64,000 nt of DNA from contig OZ059898.1 in the NCBI GenBank assembly GCA_964057225.1, forward strand, positions 1,674,001 through 1,738,000, in the 5' to 3' direction. The notes under the pieces are model-generated. The model did not search any database and was not told the origin of the DNA. It saw only the letters and a list, made by a program, of their open reading frames with translations. Below, piece by piece: positions 41,601 through 55,619 of the stretch; position 1 is the first letter of the stretch; every line of letters starts with the position of its first letter. This stretch comes from Auanema rhodensis (taxonomy: Eukaryota > Animalia > Nematoda). Made by a program: the position numbers and the translations under genes.

Positions 41601-44600
41601 GTAGTATAGTGCATTCGATGCGGATTTTTAAGCTGCGTCGATCTGTGTTATCAGATTTGCGCTAGCTTAAAAATGCACCGAGATATCAACTGATATAAGT
41701 TCAAACTTATATCCTCGATTTTCACCCTGAAGAATTAATTTTTTTGTTGAATAACATTGTCCATCGTCTTTGCCTTGAAAAAAGGAATCTAAAAACATCT
41801 ACTTTTTGCTAAATTATTTTGAAATTTTTCGAAAAAATTTTTGTCAAAATGTTTTTGGAAGCAATGTTGAGTGTACATGGAAACTCAACATACACTAATG
41901 CATCATTTTTCAAACGATCATAACTAATTTTTGTATTAAGCGTTTCTCAATGTAGTATAGTGCATTCGATGCGGATTTTTAAGCTGCGTCGATCTGTGTT
42001 ATCAGATTTGCGCTAGCTTAAAAATGCACCGAGATATCAACTGATATAAGTTCAAACTTATATCCTCGATTTTCACCCTGAAGATTTAATTTTTTTGTTG
42101 AATAACATTGTCCATCGTCTTTGCCTTGAAAAAAGGAATCTAAAAACATCTACTTTTTGCTAAATTATTTTGAAATTTTTCGAAAAAATTTTTGTCAAAA
42201 TGTTTTTGGAAGCAATGTTGAGTGTACATGGAAACTCAACATACACTAATGCATCATTTTTCAAACGATCATAACTAATTTTTGTATTAAGCGTTTCTCA
42301 ATGTAGTATAGTGCATTCGATGCGGATTTTTAAGCTGCGTCGATCTGTGTTATCAGATTTGCGCTAGCTTAAAAATGCACCGAGATATCAACTGATATAA
42401 GTTCAAACTTATATCCTCGATTTTCACCCTGAAGAATTAATTTTTTTGTTGAATAACATTGTCCATCGTCTTTGCCTTGAAAAAAGGAATCTAAAAACAT
42501 CTACTTTTTGCTAAATTATTTTGAAATTTTCTGAAAAAATTTTTGTCAAAATGTTTTTGGAAGCAATGTTGAGTGTACATGGAAACTCAACATACACTAA
42601 TGCATCATTTTTCAAACGATCATAACTAATTTTTGTATTAAGCGTTTCTCAATGTAGTATAGTGCATTCGATGCGGATTTTTAAGCTGCGTCGATCTGTG
42701 TTATCAGATTTGCGCTAGCTCAAAAATGCACCGAGATATCAACTGATATAAGTTCACACTTATATCCTCGATTTTCACCCTGAAGATTTAATTTTTTCGT
42801 TGAATAACATTGTCCATCGTCTTTGCCTTGAAAAATGGAATCTAAAAACATCTACTTTTTGCTAAATTATTTTGAAATTTTTCGAAAAAATTTTTGTCAA
42901 AATGTTTTTGGAAGCAATGTTGAGTGTACATGGAAACTCAACATACACTAATGCATCATTTTTCAAACGATCATAACTAATTTTTGTATTAAGCGTTTCT
43001 CAATGTAGTATAGTGCATTCGATGCGGATTTTTAAGCTGCGTCGATCTGTGTTATCAGATTTGCGCTAGCTTAAAAATGCACCGAGATATCAACTGATAT
43101 AAGTTCACACTTATATCCTCGATTTTCACCCTGAAGAATTAATTTTTTTGTTGAATAACATTGTCCATCGTCTTTGCCTTGAAAAAAGGAATCTAAAAAC
43201 ATCTACTTTTTGCTAAATTATTTTGAAATTTTTCGAAAAAATTTTTGTCAAAATGTTTTTGGAAGCAATGTTGAGTGTACATGGAAACTCAACATACACT
43301 AATGCATCATTTTTCAAACGATCATAACTAATTTTTGTATTAAGCGTTTCTCAATGTATTATAGTGCATTCGATGCGGATTTTTAAGCTGCGTCGATCTG
43401 TGTTATCAGATTTGCGCTAGCTTAAAAATGCACCGTGAAATCAACTGATATAAGTTCACACTTATATCCTCGATTTTCACCCTGAAGAATTAATGTTTTC
43501 GTTGAATAACATTGTCAATCGTCTTTGCCTTGGAAAAAGGAATCTAAAAACATCTACTTTTTGCTAAATTATTTTGAAATTTTTCGAAAAAATTTTTGTC
43601 AAAATGTTTTTGGAAGCAATGTTGAGTGTACATGGAAACTCAACATACACTAATGCATCATTTTTCAAACGATCATAACTAATTTTTGTATTAAGCGTTT
43701 CTCAATGTAGTATAGTGCATTCGATGCGGATTTTTAAGCTGCGTCGATCTGTGTTATCAGATTTGCGCTAGCTTAAAAATGCACCGAGATATCAACTGAT
43801 ATAAGTTCACACTTATATCCTCGATTTTCACCCTGAAGAATTAATTTTTTTGTTGAATAACATTGTCCATCGTCTTTGCCTTGAAAAAAGGAATCTAAAA
43901 ACATCTACTTTTTGCTAAATTATTTTGAAATTTTTCGAAAAAATTTTTGTCAAAATGTTTTTGGAAGCAATGTTGAGTGTACATGGAAACTCAACATACA
44001 CTAATGCATCATTTTTCAAACGATCATAACTAATTTTTGTATTAAGCGTTTCTCAATGTAGTATAGTGCATTCGATGCGGATTTTCAAGCTGCGTCGATC
44101 TGTGTTATCAGATTTGCGCTAGCTTAAAAATGCACCGAGATATCAACTGATATAAGTTCAAACTTATATCCTCGATTTTCACCCTGAAGAATTAATTTTT
44201 TTGTTGAATAACATTGTCCATCGTCTTTGCCTTGAAAAAAGGAATCTAAAAACATCTACTTTTTGCTAAATTATTTTGAAATTTTTCGAAAAAATTTTTG
44301 TCAAAATGTTTTTGGAAGCAATGTTGAGTGTACATGGAAACTCAACATACACTAATGCATCATTTTTCAAACGATCATAACTAATTTTTGTATTGAGCGT
44401 TTCTCAATGTAGTATAGTGCATTCGATGCGGATTTTTAAGCTGCGTCGATCTGTGTTATCAGATTTGCGCTAGCTTAAAAATGCACCGAGATATCAACTG
44501 ATATAAGTTCAAACTTATATCCTCGATTTTCACCCTGAAGAATTAATTTTTTTGTTGAATAACATTGTCCATCGTCTTTGCCTTGAAAAAAGGAATCTAA

Positions 44601-45627
44601 AAACATCTACTTTTTGCTAAATTATTTTGAAATTTTCTGAAAAAATTTTTGTCAAAATGTTTTTGGAAGCAATGTTGAGTGTACATGGAAACTCAACATA
44701 CACTAATGCATCATTTTTCAAACGATCATAACTAATTTTTGTATTAAGCGTTTCTCAATGTAGTATAGTGCATTCGATGCGGATTTTTAAGCTGCGTCGA
44801 TCTGTGTTATCAGATTTGCGCTAGCTCAAAAATGCACCGAGATATCAACTGATATAAGTTCACACTTATATCCTCGATTTTCACCCTGAAGATTTAATTT
44901 TTTCGTTGAATAACATTGTCCATCGTCTTTGCCTTGAAAAATGGAATCTAAAAACATCTACTTTTTGCTAAATTATTTTGAAATTTTTCGAAAAAATTTT
45001 TGTCAAAATGTTTTTGGAAGCAATGTTGAGTGTACATGGAAACTCAACATACACTAATGCATCATTTTTCAAACGATCATAACTAATTTTTGTATTAAGC
45101 GTTTCTCAATGTAGTATAGTGCATTCGATGCGGATTTTTAAGCTGCGTCGATCTGTGTTATCAGATTTGCGCTAGCTTAAAAATGCACCGAGATATCAAC
45201 TGATATAAGTTCAAACTTATATCCTCGATTTTCACCCTGAAGAATTAATTTTTTTGTTGAATAACATTGTCCATCGTCTTTGCCTTGAAAAAAGGAATCT
45301 AAAAACATCTACTTTTTGCTAAATTATTTTGAAATTTTTCGAAAAAATTTTTGTCAAAATGTTTTTGGAAGCAATGTTGAGTGTACATGGAAACTCAACA
45401 TACACTAATGCATCATTTTTCAAACGATCATAACTAATTTTTGTATTAAGCGTTTCTCAATGTAGTATAGTGCATTCGATGCGGATTTTTAAGCTGCGTC
45501 GATCTGTGTTATCAGATTTGCGCTAGCTTAAAAATGCACCGAGATATCAACTGATATAAGTTCAAACTTATATCCTCGATTTTCACCCTGAAGATTTAAT
45601 TTTTTTGTTGAATAACATTGTCCATCG
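38608..45627 (+). repeat. Tandem duplication of a 10-monomer block (3510 bp x2)
   Basis: Paired rare variants lie exactly 3510 bp apart: T253C 39211/42721 and 41317/44827, A12G 40023/43533, T214C 40576/44086, A172G 40885/44395. Confidence 0.93.
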
Positions 45628-48600
45628 TCTTTGCCTTGAAAAAAGGAATCTAAAAACATCTACTTTTTGCTAAATTATTTTGAAATTTTTCGAAAAAATT
45701 TTTGTCAAAATGTTTTTGGAAGCAATGTTGAGTGTACATGGAAACTCAACATACACTAATGCATCATTTTTCAAACGATCATAACTAATTTTTGTATTAA
45801 GCGTTTTTCAATGTAGTATAGTGCATTCGATGCGGATTTTTAAGCTGCGTCGATCTGTGTTATCAGATTTGCGCTAGCTTAAAAATGCACCGAGATATCA
45901 ACTGATATAAGTTCACACTTATATCCTCGATTTTCACCCTGAAGATTTAATTTTTTCGTTGAATAACATTGTCCATCGTCTTTGCCTTGAAAAATGGAAT
46001 CTAAAAACATCTACTTTTTGCTAAATTATTTTGAAATTTTTCGAAAAAATTTTTGTCAAAATGTTTTTGGAAGCAATGTTGAGTGTACATGGAAACTCAA
46101 CATACACTAATGCATCATTTTTCAAACGATCATAACTAATTTTTGTATTAAGCGTTTCTCAATGTAGTATAGTGCATTCGATGCGGATTTTTAAGCTGCG
46201 TCGATCTGTGTTATCAGATTTGCGCTAGCTTAAAAATGCACCGAGATATCAACTGATATAAGTTCAAACTTATATCCTCGATTTTCACCCTGAAGATTTA
46301 ATTTTTTTGTTGAATAACATTGTCCATCGTCTTTGCCTTGAAAAAAGGAATCTAAAAACATCTACTTTTTGCTAAATTATTTTGAAATTTTCTGAAAAAA
46401 TTTTTGTCAAAATGTTTTTGGAAGCAATGTTGAGTGTACATGGAAACTCAACATACACTAATGCATCATTTTTCAAACGATCATAACTAATTTTTGTATT
46501 AAGCGTTTCTCAATGTAGTATAGTGCATTCGATGCGGATTTTTAAGCTGCGTCGATCTGTGTTATCAGATTTGCGCTAGCTTAAAAATGCACCGAGATAT
46601 CAACTGATATAAGTTCACACTTATATCCTCGATTTTCACCCTGAAGATTTAATTTTTTCGTTGAATAACATTGTCCATCGTCTTTGCCTTGAAAAATGGA
46701 ATCTAAAAACATCTACTTTTTGCTAAATTATTTTGAAATTTTTCGAAAAAATTTTTGTCAAAATGTTTTTGGAAGCAATGTTGAGTGTACATGGAAACTC
46801 AACATACACTAATGCATCATTTTTCAAACGATCATAACTAATTTTTGTATTAAGCGTTTCTCAATGTAGTATAGTGCATTCGATGCGGATTTTTAAGCTG
46901 CGTCGATCTGTGTTATCAGATTTGCGCTAGCTTAAAAATGCACCGAGATATCAACTGATATAAGTTCAAACTTATATCCTCGATTTTCACCCTGAAGAAT
47001 TAATTTTTTTGTTGAATAACATTGTCCATCGTCTTTGCCTTGAAAAAAGGAATCTAAAAACATCTACTTTTTGCTAAATTATTTTGAAATTTTTCGAAAA
47101 AATTTTTGTCAAAATGTTTTTGGAAGCAATGTTGAGTGTACATGGAAACTCAACATACACTAATGCATCATTTTTCAAACGATCATAACTAATTTTTGTA
47201 TTAAGCGTTTCTCAATGTAGTATAGTGCATTCGATGCGGATTTTTAAGCTGCGTCGATCTGTGTTATCAGATTTGCGCTAGCTTAAAAATGCACCGAGAT
47301 ATCAACTGATATAAGTTCAAACTTATATCCTCGATTTTCACCCTGAAGATTTAATTTTTTTGTTGAATAACATTGTCCATCGTCTTTGCCTTGAAAAAAG
47401 GAATCTAAAAACATCTACTTTTTGCTAAATTATTTTGAAATTTTCTGAAAAAATTTTTGTCAAAATGTTTTTGGAAGCAATGTTGAGTGTACATGGAAAC
47501 TCAACATACACTAATGCATCATTTTTCAAACGATCATAACTAATTTTTGTATTAAGCGTTTCTCAATGTAGTATAGTGCATTCGATGCGGATTTTTAAGC
47601 TGCGTCGATCTGTGTTATCAGATTTGCGCTAGCTTAAAAATGCACCGAGATATCAACTGATATAAGTTCACACTTATATCCTCGATTTTCACCCTGAAGA
47701 TTTAATTTTTTTGTTGAATAACATTGTCCATCGTCTTTGCCTTGAAAAAAGGAATCTAAAAACATCTACTTTTTGCTAAATTATTTTGAAATTTTTCGAA
47801 AAAATTTTTGTCAAAATGTTTTTGGAAGCAATGTTGAGTGTACATGGAAACTCAACATACACTAATGCATCATTTTTCAAACGATCATAACTAATTTTTG
47901 TATTAAGCGTTTCTCAATGTAGTATAGTGCATTCGATGCGGATTTTTAAGCTGCGTCGATCTGTGTTATCAGATTTGCGCTAGCTTAAAAATGCACCGAG
48001 ATATCAACTGATATAAGTTCAAACTTATATCCTCGATTTTCACCCTGAAGAATTAATTTTTTTGTTGAATAACATTGTCCATCGTCTTTGCCTTGAAAAA
48101 AGGAATCTAAAAACATCTACTTTTTGCTAAATTATTTTGAAATTTTTCGAAAAAATTTTTGTCAAAATGTTTTTGGAAGCAATGTTGAGTGTACATGGAA
48201 ACTCAACATACACTAATGCATCATTTTTCAAACGATCATAACTAATTTTTGTATTAAGCGTTTCTCAATGTAGTATAGTGCATTCGATGCGGATTTTTAA
48301 GCTGCGTCGATCTGTGTTATCAGATTTGCGCTAGCTTAAAAATGCACCGAGATATAAACTGATATAAGTTCACACTTATATCCTCGATTTTCACCCAGAA
48401 GATTTAATTTTTTCGTTGAATAACATTGTCCATCGTCTTTGCCTTGTAAAATGGAATCTAAAAACATCTACTTTTTGCTAAATTATTTTGAAATTTTTCG
48501 AAAAAATTTTTGTCAAAATGTTTTTGGAAGCAATGTTGAGTGTACATGGAAACTCAACATACACTAATGCATCATTTTTCAAACGATCATAACTAATTTT

Positions 48601-51600
48601 TGTATTAAGCGTTTCTCAATGTAGTATAGTGCATTCGATGCGGATTTTTAAGCTGCGTCGATCTGTGTTATCAGATTTGCGCTAGCTTAAAAATGCACCG
48701 AGATATCAACTGATATAAGTTCAAACTTATATCCTCGATTTTCACCCTGAAGAATTAATTTTTTTGTTGAATAACATTGTCCATCGTCTTTGCCTTGAAA
48801 AAAGGAATCTAAAAACATCTACTTTTTGCTAAATTATTTTGAAATTTTTCGAAAAAATTTTTGTCAAAATGTTTTTGGAAGCAATGTTGAGTGTACATGG
48901 AAACTCAACATACACTAATGCATCATTTTTCAAACGATCATAACTAATTTTTGTATTAAGCGTTTCTCAATGTAGTATAGTGCATTCGATGCGGATTTTT
49001 AAGCTGCGTCGATCTGTGTTATCAGATTTGCGCTAGCTTAAAAATGCACCGAGATATCAACTGATATAAGTTCACACTTATATCCTCGATTTTCACCCTG
49101 AAGAATTAATTTTTTCGTTGAATAACATTGTCCATCGTCTTTGCCTTGAAAAATGGAATCTAAAAACATCTACTTTTTGCTAAATTATTTTGAAATTTTT
49201 CGAAAAAATTTTTGTCAAAATGTTTTTGGAAGCAATGTTGAGTGTACATGGAAACTCAACATACACTAATGCATCATTTTTCAAACGATCATAACTAATT
49301 TTTGTATTAAGCGTTTCTCAATGTAGTATAGTGCATTCGATGCGGATTTTTAAGCTGCGTCGATCTGTGTTATCAGATTTGCGCTAGCTTAAAAATGCAC
49401 CGAGATATCAACTGATATAAGTTCACACTTATATCCTCGATTTTCACCCTGAAGATTTAATTTTTTCGTTGAATAACATTGTCCATCGTCTTTGCCTTGA
49501 AAAATGGAATCTAAAAACATCTACTTTTTGCTAAATTTTTTTGAAATTTTTCGAAAAAATTTTTGTCAAAATGTTTTTGGAAGCAATGTTGAGTGTACAT
49601 GGAAACTCAACATACACTAATGCATCATTTTTCAAACGATCATAACTAATTTTTGTATTGAGCGTTTTTCAATGTAGTATAGTGCATTCGATGCGGATTT
49701 TTAAGCTGCGTCGATCTGTGTTATCAGATTTGCGCTAGCTTAAAAATGCACCGAGATATCAACTGATATAAGTTCACACTTATATCCTCGATTTTCACCC
49801 TGAAGAATTAATTTTTTTGTTGAATAACATTGTCCATCGTCTTTGCCTTGAAAAAAGGAATCTAAAAACATCTACTTTTTGCTAAATTATTTTGAAATTT
49901 TTCGAAAAAATTTTTGTCAAAATGTTTTTGGAAGCAATGTTGAGTGTACATGGAAACTCAACATACACTAATGCATCATTTTTCAAACGATCATAACTTA
50001 TTTTTGTATTAAGCGTTTCTCAATGTATTATAGTGCATTCGATGCGGATTTTTAAGCTGCGTCGATCTGTGTTATCAGATTTGCGCTAGCTTAAAAATGC
50101 ACCGTGAAATCAACTGATATAAGTTCACACTTATATCCTCGATTTTCACCCTGAAGAATTAATGTTTTCGTTGAATAACATTGTCAATCGTCTTTGCCTT
50201 GAAAAAAGGAATCTAAAAACATCTACTTTTTGCTAAATTATTTTGAAATTTTTCGAAAAAATTTTTGTCAAAATGTTTTTGGAAGCAATGTTGAGTGTAC
50301 ATGGAAACTCAACATACACTAATGCATCATTTTTCAAACGATCATAACTAATTTTTGTATTAAGCGTTTCTCAATGTAGTATAGTGCATTCGATGCGGAT
50401 TTTTAAGCTGCGTCGATCTGTGTTATCAGATTTGCGCTAGCTTAAAAATGCACCGAGATATCAACTGATATAAGTTCACACTTATATCCTCGATTTTCAC
50501 CCTGAAGAATTAATTTTTTCGTTGAATAACATTGTCCATCGTCTTTGCCTTGAAAAAAGGAATCTAAAAACATCTACTTTTTGCTAAATTATTTTGAAAT
50601 TTTTCGAAAAAATTTTTGTCAAAATGTTTTTGGAAGCAATGTTGAGTGTACATGGAAACTCAACATACACTAATGCATCATTTTTCAAACGATCATAACT
50701 AATTTTTGTATTAAGCGTTTCTCAATGTAGTATAGTGCATTCGATGCGGATTTTTAAGCTGCGTCGATCTGTGTTATCAGATTTGCGCTAGCTTAAAAAT
50801 GCACCGAGATATCAACTGATATAAGTTCACACTCATATCCTCGATTTTCACCCTGTAGAATTAATTTTTTCGTTGAATAACATTGTCCATCGTCTTTGCC
50901 TTGAAAAAAGGAATCTATAAACATCTACTTTTTGCTAAATTATTTTGAAATTTTTCGAAAAAATTTTTGTCAAAATGTTTTTGGAAGCAATGTTGAGTGT
51001 ACATGGAAACTCAACATACACTAATGCATCATTTTTCAAACGATCATAACTAATTTTTGTATTAAGCGTTTCTCAATGTAGTATAGTGCATTCGATGCGG
51101 ATTTTTAAGCTGCGTCGATCTGTGTTATCAGATTTGCGCTAGCTTAAAAATGCACCGAGATATCAACTGATATAAGTTCACACTTATATCCTCGATTTTG
51201 ACCCTGAAGAATTAATTTTTTCGTTGAATAACATTGTCCATCGTCTTTGCCTTGAAAAAAGGAATCTAAAAACATCTACTTTTTGCTAAATTATTTTGAA
51301 ATTTTTCGAAAAAATTTTTGTCAAAATGTTTTTGGAAGCAATGTTGAGTGTACATGGAAACTCAACATACACTAATGCATCATTTTTCAAACGATCATAA
51401 CTAATTTTTGTATTAAGCGTTTCTCAATGTAGTATAGTGCATTCGATGCGGATTTTTAAGCTGCGTCGATTTGTGTTATCAGATTTGCGCTAGCTTAAAA
51501 ATGCACCGAGATATCAACTGATATAAGTTCACACTTATATCCTCGATTTTCACCCTGAAGAATTAATTTTTTCGTTGAATAACATTGTCCATCGTCTTTG

Positions 51601-54600
51601 CCTTGAAAAAAGGAATCTAAAAACATCTACTTTTTGCTAAATTATTTTGAAATTTTTCGAAAAAAGTTTTGTCAAAATGTTTTTGGAAGCAATGTTGAGT
51701 GTACATGGAAACTCAACATACACTAATGCATCATTTTTCAAACGATCATAACTAATTTTTGTATTAAGCGTTTCTCAATGTATTATAGTGCATTCGATGC
51801 GGATTTTTAAGCTGCGTCGATCTGTGTTATCAGATTTGCGCTAGCTTAAAAATGCACCGTGAAATCAACTGATATAAGTTCACACTTATATCCTCGATTT
51901 TCACCCTGAAGAATTAATGTTTTCGTTGAATAACATTGTCCATCGTCTTTGCCTTGAAAAAAGGAATCTAAAAACATCTACTTTTTGCTAAATTATTTTG
52001 AAATTTTTCGAAAAAATTTTTGTCAAAATGTTTTTGGAAGCAATGTTGAGTGTACATGGAAACTCAACATACACTAATGCATCATTTTTCAAACGATCAT
52101 AACTAATTTTTGTATTAAGCGTTTCTCAATGTAGTATAGTGCATTCGATGCGGATTTTTAAGCTGCGTCGATCTGTGTTATCAGATTTGCGCTAGCTTAA
52201 AAATGCACCGAGATATCAACTGATATAAGTTCACACTTATATCCTCGATTTTCACCCTGAAGAATTAATTTTTTCGTTGAATAACATTGTCCATCGTCTT
52301 TGCCTTGAAAAAAGGAATCTAAAAACATCTACTTTTTGCTAAATTATTTTGAAATTTTTCGAAAAAATTTTTGTCAAAATGTTTTTGGAAGCAATGTTAA
52401 GTGTACATGGAAACTCAACATACACTAATGCATCATTTTTCAAACGATCATAACTAATTTTTGTATTAAGCGTTTCTCAATGTAGTATAGTGCATTCGAT
52501 GCGGATTTTTAAGCTGCGTCGATCTGTGTTATCAGATTTGCGCTAGCTTAAAAATGCACCGAGATATCAACTGATATAAGTTCACACTTATATCCTCGAT
52601 TTTCACCCTGAAGATTTAATTTTTTCGTTGAATAACATTGTCCATCGTCTTTGCCTTGAAAAATGGAATCTAAAAACATCTACTTTTTGCTAAATTATTT
52701 TGAAATTTTTCGAAAAAATTTTTGTCAAAATGTTTTTGGAAGCAATGTTGAGTGTACATGGAAACTCAACATACACTAATGCATCATTTTTCAAACGATC
52801 ATAACTAATTTTTGTATTAAGCGTTTCTCAATGTAGTATAGTGCATTCGATGCGGATTTTTAAGCTGCGTCGATCTGTGTTATCAGATTTGCGCTAGCTT
52901 AAAAATGCACCGAGATATCAACTGATATAAGTTCACACTTATATCCTCGATTTTCACCCTGAAGATTTAATTTTTTCGTTGAATAACATTGTCCATCGTC
53001 TTTGCCTTGAAAAATGGAATCTAAAAACATCTACTTTTTGCTAAATTATTTTGAAATTTTTCGAAAAAATTTTTGTCAAAATGTTTTTGGAAGCAATGTT
53101 GAGTGTACATGGAAACTCAACATACACTAATGCATCATTTTTCAAACGATCATAACTAATTTTTGTATTAAGCGTTTCTCAATGTAGTATAGTGCATTCG
53201 ATGCGGATTTTTAAGCTGCGTCGATCTGTGTTATCAGATTTGCGCTAGCTTAAAAATGCACCGAGATATCAACTGATATAAGTTCACACTTATATCCTCG
53301 ATTTTCACCCTGAAGAATTAATTTTTTCGTTGAATAACATTGTCCATCGTCTTTGCCTTGAAAAAAGGAATCTAAAAACATCTACTTTTTGCTAAATTAT
53401 TTTGAAATTTTTCGAAAAAATTTTTGTCAAAATGTTTTTGGAAGCAATGTTAAGTGTACATGGAAACTCAACATACACTAATGCATCATTTTTCAAACGA
53501 TCATAACTAATTTTTGTATTAAGCGTTTCTCAATGTAGTATAGTGCATTCGATGCGGATTTTTAAGCTGCGTCGATCTGTGTTATCTGATTTGCGCTAGC
53601 TTAAAAATGCACCGAGATATCAACTGATATAAGTTCACACTTATATCCTCGATTTTCACCCTGAAGAATTAATTTTTTCGTTGAATAACATTGTCCATCG
53701 CCTTTGCCTTGAAAAAAGGAATCTAAAAACATCTACTTTTTGCTAAATTATTTTGAAATTTTTCGAAAAAATTTTTGTCAAAATGTTTTTGGAAGCAATG
53801 TTAAGTGTACATGGAAACTCAACATACACTAATGCATCATTTTTCAAACGATCATAACTAATTTTTGTATTAAGCGTTTCTCAATGTAGTATAGTGCATT
53901 CGATGCGGATTTTTAAGCTGCGTCGATCTGTGTTATCAGATTTGCGCTAGCTTAAAAATGCACCGAGATATCAACTGATATAAGTTCACACTTATATCCT
54001 CGATTTTCACCCTGAAGATTTAATTTTTTCGTTGAATAACATTGTTCATCGTCTTTGCCTTGAAAAATGGAATCTAAAAACATCTACTTTTTGCTAAATT
54101 ATTTTGAAATTTTTCGAAAAAATTTTTGTCAAAATGTTTTTGGAAGCAATGTTGAGTGTACATGGAAACTCAACATACACTAATGCATCATTTTTCAAAC
54201 GATCATAACTAATTTTTGTATTAAGCGTTTCTCAATGTAGTATAGTGCATTCGATGCGGATTTTTAAGCTGCGTCGATCTGTGTTATCAGATTTGCGCTA
54301 GCTTAAAAATGCACCGAGATATCAACTGATATATGTTCACACTTATATCCTCGATTTTCACCCTGAAGAATTAATTTTTTCGTTGAATAACATTGTCCAT
54401 CGTCTTTGCCTTGAAAAAAGGAATCTAAAAACATCTACTTTTTGCTAAATTATTTTGAAATTTTCTGAAAAAATTTTTGTCAAAATGTTTTTGGAAGCAA
54501 TGTTGAGTGTACATGGAAACTCAACATACACTAATGCATCATTTTTCAAACGATCATAACTAATTTTTGTATTAAGCGTTTCTCAATGTAGTATAGTGCA

Positions 54601-55619
54601 TTCGATGCGGATTTTTAAGCTGCGTCGATCTGTGTTATCAGATTTGCGCTAGCTTAAAAATGCACCGAGATATCAACTGATATAAGTTCACACTTATATC
54701 CTCGATTTTCACCCTGAAGATTTAATTTTTTCGTTGAATAACATTGTCCATCGTCTTTGCCTTGAAAAATGGAATCTAAAAACATCTACTTTTTGCTAAA
54801 TTATTTTGAAATTTTTCGAAAAAATTTTTGTCAAAATGTTTTTGGAAGCAATGTTGAGTGTACATGGAAACTCAACATACACTAATGCATCATTTTTCAA
54901 ACGATCATAACTAATTTTTGTATTAAGCGTTTCTCAATGTAGTATAGTGCATTCGATGCGGATTTTTAAGCTGCGTCGATCTGTGTTATCAGATTTGCGC
55001 TAGCTTAAAAATGCACCGAGATATCAACTGATATAAGTTCACACTTATATCCTCGATTTTCACCCTGAAGAATTAATTTTTTTGTTGAATAACATTGTCC
55101 ATCGTCTTTGCCTTGAAAAAAGGAATCTAAAAACATCTACTTTTTGCTAAATTATTTTGAAATTTTTCGAAAAAATTTTTGTCAAAATGTTTTTGGAAGC
55201 AATGTTGAGTGTACATGGAAACTCAACATACACTAATGCATCATTTTTCAAACGATCATAACTAATTTTTGTATTAAGCGTTTCTCAATGTAGTATAGTG
55301 CATTCGATGCGGATTTTTAAGCTGCGTCGATCTGTGTTATCAGATTTGCGCTAGCTTAAAAATGCACCGAGATATAAACTGATATAAGTTCACACTTATA
55401 TCCTCGATTTTCACCCTGAAGATTTAATTTTTTCGTTGAATAACATTGTCCATCGTCTTTGCCTTGTAAAATGGAATCTAAAAACATCTACTTTTTGCTA
55501 AATTATTTTGAAATTTTTCGAAAAAATTTTTGTCAAAATGTTTTTGGAAGCAATGTTGAGTGTACATGGAAACTCAACATACACTAATGCATCATTTTTC
55601 AAACGATCACAACTAATTT

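Noticed and set aside
40576-42721. Compensatory stem mutations T214C and T253C in the long hairpin
   Set aside because: They occur in different monomers and are not pairing partners (214 pairs with 254, 215 with 253). Each simply breaks a pair, so there is no covariation support.
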